From assembly GCA_012295275.1 (NCBI GenBank), contig CM022673.1:10726001-10790000 (forward strand): a stretch of DNA of 64,000 bases, given 5' to 3'. The notes under the pieces are model-generated. The model was not told where the DNA came from and searched no databases. It was given only the letters and a program-made list of their open reading frames with translations. The position numbers and the translations under genes are program-made. Origin of the DNA: Chrysomallon squamiferum (lineage: Eukaryota; Animalia; Mollusca). Positions 53,718-64,000 of this stretch are shown here, in pieces. The number at the start of each line of letters is the position of its first letter. The stretch's first letter is position 1.

Positions 53718-55727
53718 ATGATAATTATTACTGTAAATATTATACCTTGTTTTATTAATGATTATGATTATGATTATTATTATTATTATTACTACTACTA
53801 CTACTATTATCGTTACTATCATTATTACTAAGAATATTATACCTTGTTTTATTAATGATTATGATTATGTATTATGATTATTATTATTATTATTAGTATT
53901 AGTATTAGTATTAGTATTAGTATTATTAATATTATTATTATTATTATTGTTACTACTATTTCAGGATCACATGTATGAACAAAAGGTGAAGGAGAGGAAG
54001 AAAAACAGGCTGAAAAAAGACCCTTATGGAATCATATCGAGACGTGTTCTTGCTTGGTTCATAACCACGTAATCATTTATTTATCTACACTGAAATCAGA
54101 TTTTTTTCTCTTTTTCTTTCTTCCTTTATCCCTAATTATTTCTTCCTATTTTCTTTCTTTTATGTGTTTTATTATTTATTTATTTTTTCCTTTTGTTTGT
54201 TTGTTTGATTTAAATTTTTCCTTCCATACTTTTTTAAATATTTTTTTAGAGATTTAAATATAGAGATACATAGGTTTAAATGTAACTGTTTATGCAGAAT
54301 TTGAATTATAATAAGAATCTATGCAAATATAGTAGGTATGTGTAGATTAATTTGAAATAAAAGCGTACTACTTTGTATACATTTTTGTGAAGTTGAGTAT
54401 AGTAGTTTATAAGCATTTGTGTAAAATATAATTATTATGTATTACATTTATTTATGTCACTATTTCATAACACATAAAGTGACTTAAAGAAATTATACAG
54501 ACAATGTTTTTTATTTGTAAAATAAGTTGCCTAAAGAACCAAATAAAATATCTTCTTTTTTTATGTCTTTTCTTTTATCTTACCTACAGCAGCAATGACT
54601 TTTAAAATGTATTTTTCTTGTGTACATTTTAAAAGAATTTTTTAAATAAAAATATCTTTCAGATTTCTTATTTGTGTGGGTTGTACTGGAATCATTTATC
54701 TGGAAATCATTGTTCATGTGGAACAGTCTCAAGTTGAATCAAAAGCTGTAAGAAGAAACTAAATCTTCCCTATGTTTGTGTAAAACAAATATATATGTTT
54801 CGGGTAAAATAGTGATATGTAGTGATTTTTGTAAAATACTTTTATTATATAACATTTTATCTCTACTGAATATCAAAACACAAATTTTATTTATTTATTT
54901 TTTTAAATTTTAATGTGACAATGAATATAATTTAAACTATAAAATATATGAATGACATTTAAAAGATAGAAAACACCATTAAGGCAATAATGAAATAAGA
55001 TACATTCAGAAGACTGACGGAATCTTATCTGTTACTGCTATCAACATTTCAGAGAGTTCAGACTAATTGTTTTTATTTCCTTCTTTATTTATTTATTTTT
55101 TTTAAATGAAAATTTTCTGTTGTATTATTGAAAAGATCAGTACCTAAGACTAATGATATTGTTACAGGATATGTCATTTTTGAGACTCTACTTCACACCA
55201 GTCTTCATTAGTATGATTAATGTGACTGTACCTTTCTGTATAAGAATGGTGAGCATTATTTTATACTGTTGTAAGATAACAAACTGTTACTTTCAGTAAT
55301 CTTTTGCTTGCTGTTGCTCTCTTCTATCTGTCTGTCTGTGTGTGTGTATGTGTCTCTCTCTGAATATGCCAATTTATAACTGCTTTGGATGATTTTTGGG
55401 GGTTTATTTAATATTCATAGTAAAAAGAGATCATATTTTTCCAACAAAGTGTTTCATTATTTACCAGCTAGCTAAAATTGAGCACTATGCTTCAGGCCAA
55501 GCTGAGTTAAATATCACTTTAGCAAGGATCTTTATTCTGAGGATGGCCAGTCTTGTCACACTCATTGCCTCGGTCTACTACAGGGCTACAAGAAAAGGTT
55601 CCACTGAGGTATTTTACAAACTTTAAAGTATATATATGAACAGATATAAAAATTATTATTTCTAAAAGATTATCTTACATCAGCCATTTGCAAGATATTT
55701 TAAGAACATAAATATTCTTCTTTGATG

Positions 55728-55763
<36 letters not shown>

Positions 55764-58700
55764 AAAAGAAACTAATTATATATATATTTTTTTTTAACAG
55801 TTGTTACATGTTCTCCTTATTAAAAGTAATTACCATATGCAATATTTGACCCCAGTGTTTGATAATTATAAAATGTTACAATTAAAAGAATTAGTCATAT
55901 AATATGTGCTGCAGTTTTTCAGTTTGGTATTTAACATGAGGAAATGTTTAATTTATGATGATATTATTGACAGTGAATTGGGGGTATCAAATTCTAAACA
56001 ATTCAAATTATTTATTCATTAATTCCAAATTATTAATATTTTCTAATTTTAAGTTATTTATTTGTTTGTTTATTAGTTCAATTATTTAATTATATATTTA
56101 TTTATTTTTTTATTTTTTTGGTTTTGGGGTTTTTTTTTTTATTTGTTTGTTTCTCTGTACACTTGTTTGTTTGTTTGTTTATTTATTTAACTGTTTATTT
56201 ATATTTTCCATAAAAATTTGTAATATGTTCTGAAAACTGACAGTGATGGTTTTTAACAAACTTTTCATAAAATTCATCTTTTTAAACATTTGATATGATA
56301 TAATAAACCAGAGATAATTTTTATTCTGTGTGTTTTTTATAATTCTTGAAGGAAAAACCCAAATTTGAATTATGTACAGGAACTATCATTGGACAGGAGC
56401 TTTACAAACTGGTGATTATGGACACTGTTGTAAATGTAAATATATTTATTAATCTTTCTTTATTTATTTATTTATATGTGTTACTGTGTGTGTCCATGAG
56501 TGTTTTGGTATGTCAGTGTGCATGTGTATGTGAGTGTGTGTGTTTTTGTGTTTAAGTGTGTTTTTATGTTGTGTTGTATTTTTGTGTTCCCTCATATATT
56601 TGTTTTAATATAAACAAACAAAAAAATTAGGACTTCAGCCACATTAAAAACACTGTTGAAATATTTCAAAATATTGATCTTCATGTTTTTTTATTTATTT
56701 TAAAAACATCTTTTTATGCACAGGCTGTTGCAAATGTCACAGTTTACTTTGGTTATTATTTCTGGACAAGAGAAAAAGATGAATACATTATTTCCACCTC
56801 AGTTCTTGTGCTCATCTACCGAGAAAGTTTAATTCTGGTAAGTTATTTTAACTATTCAGTTTAAGATACATAGTAGAATTATTAAATTTGAACAAAAAAA
56901 GGAATATCTGGACCATGTTTTTTGTATAAAAAGTAAATATATTATCATATATTTTACTAATAAGGAATTCAAAAATATACAACAATGAATTACAGGTTAA
57001 ATTATTTATGATTTTTTAATATTATTATTATTATTTTTACAATAAATTACTTGTACCTTTGTTATAATAGGATGTTTTTGTACATATAGGAAGCCTTTGG
57101 CTTTTAACTTATTAATTTACTTTTATGTGTTTGTTATAGTAATATGTATAAAATATATACATATGATTATACTATACATGCGTAATGAAATTATTTTTTA
57201 AAGTTTTAAAAAGTTTTAATTTACACGATGGAAAAACATAGACTTATTAAGTTATTGTCAGCTAAAAATATGCTTCTTAACATTAATCAACATAAAATAC
57301 TGCACAAAAATTAGAAATACTTCTTTCAGATTAGTAGACATGATACTTTTTGTTTATTTCCATGGATTTGGTATAGGTGACTAACCTTTGTTGAAAATGA
57401 AGTACAGTTACCATTTGCAGGTTGACTAAATGATGTGTACTGTGTTTTCAGTGTGGTGCAATGACCTGTCCAGTGCTGCCTGTGGTTGGCTGCCTGTCTA
57501 ATGTGGAATTCTTCTACCTCAATTACTTTATTATGTTGTACACCTGCAAGCCGCCAATCAAACGATGGAGGCAGTCCCGCAAGACTCAGTTCATCATGAC
57601 TTTTTTACTTCTCTCTATCCTGTGCCTGATTTTTCCCGTTTCGGTCGTCATTGGAAGGTATTGTTTTTATAATTACTTTATTACACGTTAAAGGTGAGCA
57701 AAGCAAAATGTGTGGTAATGTGTTGATTTTGTTTTAGGTAATGAATATTGTTATATCTACTAATACTTGATGTCACTACTAATAAAACAAATAGTAATTG
57801 AACCTAAACAACAAAAACAACATATAATATAAATGCTTCTCTAACTAAGACTATAAACTGCAACCATTTCAAGAACTACTATTACAATTAATAAACCTGC
57901 TATTACCAAGCTTCTTCTATAACTGTAGCTACTACAACTGGTACTGTTACTGCTCCTGCCACAACTACTAACCACTAAATCTAACTACAACCTATTACAA
58001 TCCCCCCGCTACTGCTGGTACTACCACCATCACCACGACCACTACCACTACCATTACTACTACTACTAATACTAGGATGGTTCAGGATTGCTAATACAAC
58101 TATATTATTAGTTTAATGTAAGATCTTTTAGATGGTGTGTTTTTTTTAGTGATGTTATCAACTTGGGGGTGAAAAGGTCTACTGGGGAGATTATGGGACC
58201 ATTCAGAAATTCAAAGGTGCCCACTAACGTTTTCCAGCACTTCATAAATAACATTAAGACTAAAGAAATTCAGCTTTTTCTTCAGTGGATGGGATCACAC
58301 ACAGTCGTCTTGCCCCTGATTCTAATGTTAATGTAAGTAACAGATACGATAAAAAGAATATTTGATTCTTAGTGTAATGTAGCCGACAAATTTCTTGAAA
58401 ATAAATTATCTTGATTCTTATTCTAAAGTTAATGTGAGTGACAGTTATAATGAAAAGAAGTTTTGACTCATGCTGATGTAAGTAACATATTTGATGAACA
58501 AAGTTTTGAATTATGTTCTATACAACAACATCTATAGGTAAGATAAAAAGAAGATTTGACTCTTCTTTTAATACCTTTATAATTAATAAACAGACCTGAT
58601 TAACACTCATGTTTACAAACATAAAATATATTAACTAATAATCAAGTTTCACAGTCAGGCTTACATAACTGAAATATATTCAGATTCATTCATATCACGA

Positions 58701-59571
58701 TTTATAAGTTTTAAAATTGTCTTTTCAAAAATAACTATGAACAGCATCCATTTTGCTACCTCCTCCCAACTCCTAATTAAATCTGTCAGAAAATAATTAT
58801 CTTCGGTTTTTATTTTTTTATTTTTTTATTTTTACAGATGTTTTCTTGGCTATCAACATCGAAGATTTGTTGGCGAGCATCGTCATTCTCACATTCTTCA
58901 GATAGAACTACAGCAGGTAAGTGAATTTAATGATGTTGTTGTAACTAACATTATGAATTAATTCCACCTGAAGGGTGAATGGTATTATTATAACACATTA
59001 TAAATTCTATCTGCAATGTCCTAACACTATTGACACCATAGTTATAAGAGTCATAATAATTGTTACAAATATTATCTGAAATGTCCTAACACTAAAGACA
59101 CCATAGTTATAATAATTGTTACAAATATTATTTGAAATGTCCTAACACTAAAGACACCATAGTTATAATAGTCATAATAATTGTTACAAATATTATCTGA
59201 AATGTCCTAACACTACTGACACTATTATTGCAGTAATAATGACAAATTATATCTGCAGCATTAAGGAGGAATTGTTTTTAGGCACATTACAAATTTTATC
59301 TCAAATATTCTAATGATATTATTATAATAATTGCATTTGAAACTATTTCTGTTATTATAGTTTCAGTTACTTTAATGGTACACTTTTCACACTGTAAATT
59401 AAGCACAATTCTGCAATTTGATTTATATTTCTAAAATTCTTTTGCTTTTTATATTTTTATTTAAATGAAAATATTTTATTTCAGGAAAGAGCAGACAACA
59501 AAATACTTGCAAAGAAACTTTATGAATTAAAACACATTCGCAGAAGAAGTACTGTCCATCACCCTTCTTGA
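49456..59571 (+). CDS. Transmembrane channel-like (TMC) family protein, divergent, 18 coding exons, ~672 aa
   Basis: Exons 49456-49511, 50435-50501, 50811-50944, 51406-51475, 51802-51874, 52229-52401, 52641-52771, 53483-53633, 53965-54068, 54663-54747, 55168-55248, 55468-55608, 56352-56435, 56724-56837, 57452-57657, 58150-58332, 58838-58916, 59485-59571 join in frame (2,019 nt). TMC motifs IKIMEGHFGSGIGTMFVFFRWVLLLN, SWDHS, C.xT.IGQELYKLVIMD, GPF. Confidence 0.9.
59000..59230. repeat. ~60-bp tandem repeat (3-4 copies) in the last TMC intron
   Basis: Repeated tatctgaaatgtcctaacactaaagacaccatagttataat...aattgttacaaatat. Confidence 0.85.
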
Positions 59572-59884
59572 ACGTTTAATACGTAAATAAGTATTTTATT
59601 AACATGTTAATTACAGTACTGGTGTCGTTATTATCACTGTCATCCTCCTCATTTTATATGTTAAAAAGGTTATTTTGCTTCTTTTTTTGTTTTTGTTTTT
59701 TTGTTTTGTTTTAAAAAGATGTTTTATTTTGATAACAAAATAAAAAATAAAATTCACATTCATCATGTTGTTACAAACATTAATTATAAAATGTTTTGAG
59801 AAAGTTCACGAACATTCTTACCAGATTTTTTCAAAAGTGAAAAAAATAAATTTAAATGATAAAACAACATTAAATAATTTAAAA

Positions 59885-59919
<35 letters not shown>

Positions 59920-60149
59920 ATATTTTCACTTCTATTAAAATCCAGTTGTTCTATTATTTAAAAACCAGTTTAATGTTAAAACAAATAAACAATTTTAGTT
60001 ATTTAATGAAGAACCATTTATCAGTAAGTTTCACACTCCAGTCAAATTTATTCTGGTATTTTTGTTTATTATTATGGTTTTTTTGGGGTGGGGAGTGGGA
60101 ATCTTTTTGTTTGTTTGTTTTATTTTAAATAATGTTTAGACATAAATTT

Positions 60150-60750
60150 GTTTAACGTATGTGTTGAACACTTCAAAATAGTTTATTACTGTTGGTGGGT
60201 GTAAATAATACTTGAAGTGCTCATTTGTATGCATTAAAGGTTTGTTTAAAATATGTTGAACACACAAAAATTAGTTTAGTAACTGTAGATATATTTTAAA
60301 AATGTGTGTATGTGTGTGCATGTGTGTGTGCTCTGTTTTATGTTCCTTGAATTAGATTTGGATGCATTAAAAGTTTAAATGTTTTATATTGTGTTGAACA
60401 CGAAAAACAATTTATTAACTGTAAATATATGTAATATATATATATACATATATTTCTGTCCATATTCCTTGAAATATAGATTTGGATGCATTAATGGTTT
60501 AAATGTTTTTAATTGTGTTGAACACAAAAAATAATTTAATAACTAGATATATGTAAAGAAAATATATCTGTATATATATATACATACATATATTTCATTG
60601 CATGTTCCTTGAAATACAGATTTGGATGCATTAATGGTTTAAATGTTTTAAAATATTTTAATAATTGTGGACATACGTAAAAATATGCATACATGTATTT
60701 ACTTGAATTCATTGTTTAGACATGTTTAAAATGTGTTGAACACTGTTAGC
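60150..60750. repeat. Degenerate ~115-140-bp tandem repeat downstream of TMC
   Basis: Recurrent ttccttgaa..agatttggatgcattaa..gtttaaatgtttt..tgtgttgaacac. Confidence 0.75.
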
Positions 60751-61016
60751 AAACTGTTTAGTAATTATTGTCTATACTCACAAGAAAAAATGATTTATTT
60801 ACTTGAAAACAGTTTTTAAACAAATTATACCTCATTATCCTAGGTTCTTTTTTACATGGGATAAAAAAAGCTTTTTGTTATTACATTATGGTGTGATTTA
60901 CTGGCATTTGCATCAGATTGTAAAGAAATAAATCTAATTAAAATTTAACAAAATTTCATTTAATTTTAATGTATATAACATGTCAAACTTAATTATTATT
61001 TCTTCACATTCATATA

Positions 61017-61050
<34 letters not shown>

Positions 61051-62110
61051 GGAAGCTACTTCTGCATCTCATTGTTCACCATTGCCAGCAACAAATATTT
61101 TATATAAAGTCCCTGTTTCTCTTTCTCTCTCTTGTTCTCTCTCACTGTTAGTACATACATATATACATTTTTAAATATTCACACAATTAGAAGCATACAT
61201 CTCAACACGTTTCAGAACAAAAGAAAAATCATTTCATGTTCACAAATGTTTAATAAGTTCAACTTCACAGAAAAAAAATATCACAAACATATCCGACAGT
61301 TTAAACTAATATTCATTTAAAACAGATTCTTGAACATCTCATAATAAAATTTACCAGGAATCATTTATGTAATTATTTAAAAAAAAAAAAAATTCTTTTT
61401 TCTGCAGAATTTAATTCAAGTTATCTTGTCAGAGTTCACATTTCACGAATACATAAGCATTTTTTTAGCATCAGAATTTTACATTATATATAAAATAATA
61501 TTAAAATTTTACTGTGAAAAAGGATTCATTTTAATATTAGTAACTTTTCAAGATCATTCCAAGCATACTTAATATTTATATTTTCATATCTAAAATTGTA
61601 GCTGTAGATGAAAACACACACACTTAACAAACAAACACATCCATCAAATGACTCTCTAAACATTGTAACCAGCATATTACTATTATTTACTATCTTCTGT
61701 TTAATTTTCCTCACCTTGGGAAACAGAATTTGGTCTAAAAAGGAGTTAAACATACCTTATATTAAGAAAATAATCAGTATGAGATTAAAAATGATTAAAA
61801 AGTAAAATGAAATGAAATTAAATTAAATTAGCATAAAATAAGTTAAGATAAGGTAAATAAACAAATAAATAATAGAAGACAAAAATAAAATTTAATACTA
61901 ATTATTAAGATAATTTGTGTCTTAATTTTCCAAGTTGTATGGGAAAAAATAATAAGTTTCCAGTTTAAATAAAATTTAAAATATTTACCACTAGGAATAA
62001 AAAATAAATATATTTCTTATTGTTATAGTTTATTTTTAAAATAAATATGTTTATCAGGGCCTATGATGCTTGAAATTTTGCTTTATCACGTTTCAGATAG
62101 TACTTAATGC

Positions 62111-62155
<45 letters not shown>

Positions 62156-64000
62156 ATAATAAGAATAATAACAACAATAACAATAATAATAATAAAACAT
62201 AAATAAATATTACCACCAATAACAATAAACTACTGGTAACAATGACATGTACATATTTCACACAAACAATGCAGATAAATTAAGACTATGCAAAATTTTA
62301 CCTAACAGTGCAGATATTTAATCAAAACATCTCTATATTCATATATACATAACAATAGGGTTATATATATAAAAAATAATAATAAGAAAAATAAAATAAA
62401 AAAAAGATACATAAGCCAGTTTTATATACATAAAGGAAGAAATTTTGTGCATAAATCAAAACAATAACAAATAAAAATTCACCTAGATACAGCTGTAATA
62501 AAAAAAAATGCTTTGAAGGAAAGCTGAATCAGTCTTGATTCTACAATGCTGAATCAAAAATGTAATAGTAATATTTTGTAATACAATATTTATAAACAAT
62601 ATCATTATATTCAGTACTGTTCTTAATATAAAAAGCCATCAAAATTTTAATAATTCAAACGTTAATGATTCAAAAAGGATAAATAAATAATCATCCATTT
62701 AGTAAGTGAATGAAAGAAAAGCATGTTTTTGATGTTAACTTTATGCAAAACAAATATGATCACTTTCAAGTAAAACAGTAAACAAAAACTCCACTTACAT
62801 CATTGACTGTTGATATAATTCAGTCATTAAAAAATGAACAACAACAAAACATATCCACAAAACTAAACCAAGACAGATAATCCAATTATTATTATTATTA
62901 TTTAAGTTTATTTACTAGTTTAATTTAAAATACAAGTATACTGGGGAAGGGACTAGTATGTTAAAAGAGCTTGCCAACATTAAACAGATCATAGGCTGTT
63001 AATTTAAAAGTGTATCTAAATTTTAATGAACAAATTAAATATTTGTTGTTGTTCTTAAATGCTTTCATGTAATAATTTTATTAGTATTTTTAATATGAGT
63101 GCTTGCTTATAATAAAATTGGAAAAAAAAAAAAAAAAAAAAAATAAAAATAAAATAAAATAAATAAATAAATAAACAAATAAATAAAAAATATGAAGACA
63201 TATTTCCTGTCATTAGTTTTTGGTTAGTGACATCATTTTTTATACAGAAGTGTTTTCTTATTTTTGTTATAATTAAATATGAAATGCTGTCTCATGGACT
63301 TGCTACACTTTATTATTATGAAAGGATAAGGTCAGTTAATAAAACAACTACATATTACATGAAACATTTTAGATTGTTTACTTACGCCATCTTAGCTACA
63401 CTTTAAAATTAACTCACCACATTTCACAGATTATATTCATTACTAAAAGACAATAAATCTGACAGATATTAACAAGTGTTATATATTTAATAATGTAGAA
63501 TATTTACCTATATATATATATATATATATATATAGAAACACCAACTGCTTACAATATACACGAACTGATACTTACAAAACTATATTTATATTAATAGATT
63601 AATGTATATGGTATAATAATAATAATAAAAAAATTCTGTAGATTAAACATTAAGGTATATGAATTAATCACTGCAAAAATTATTTTAAAAAATTATCCCA
63701 ATAATAATAATAATAATAATAATAATAATTATAATTATAATAACAAAATTTAACAAAAAGTTTATATACATGTTTATATATACATAAAACAAATAAATAA
63801 ATACGTAAGTCACCACAAATATTATTTTTCAAAAACATCCCAATCTACACATCTAGAAATGAAAGCTTACATTAAAATGATTCAATCTAAAGGTTACCAC
63901 TTTTCAGTATCTTACTTGTTATATTAATAAAAAATTAACTGCAGAAATATGAATTAAAAGAAATAGCACAAGAACTGAAATTACTGTTGGACCCTTTGTA

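Overview
AT-rich, intron- and microsatellite-rich animal genomic DNA (invertebrate; the repeat landscape suggests a mollusc, which is inference only). Gene content, left to right: (1) a complete 6-exon ARL5 small GTPase (minus strand), head-to-head with (2) a 3-exon LAGE3/Pcc1 KEOPS subunit whose first intron looks U12-type; (3) an intronless 441-aa uncharacterised ORF; (4) two tandem paralogous ~1,120-1,135-aa genes, separated by decayed RNase H-containing LINE copies; and (5) a divergent 18-coding-exon TMC channel gene. The tandem pair is the most unusual system. Each has a 29-37-aa N-terminal peptide, then a Gly|Cys-initiated Hint (Hedgehog/intein) autoprocessing domain, beta-rich modules, a helical region and a multi-helix hydrophobic C-terminus. 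This resembles an autoprocessing membrane-inserting or toxin-like effector rather than a Hedgehog/Hog protein, and it may be horizontally acquired. Copy A is interrupted by a -1 frameshift that falls exactly on an A_AAA_AAC heptamer. Several minisatellites are duplicated copies of adjacent exon boundaries. All calls were made by eye, with no database searches.
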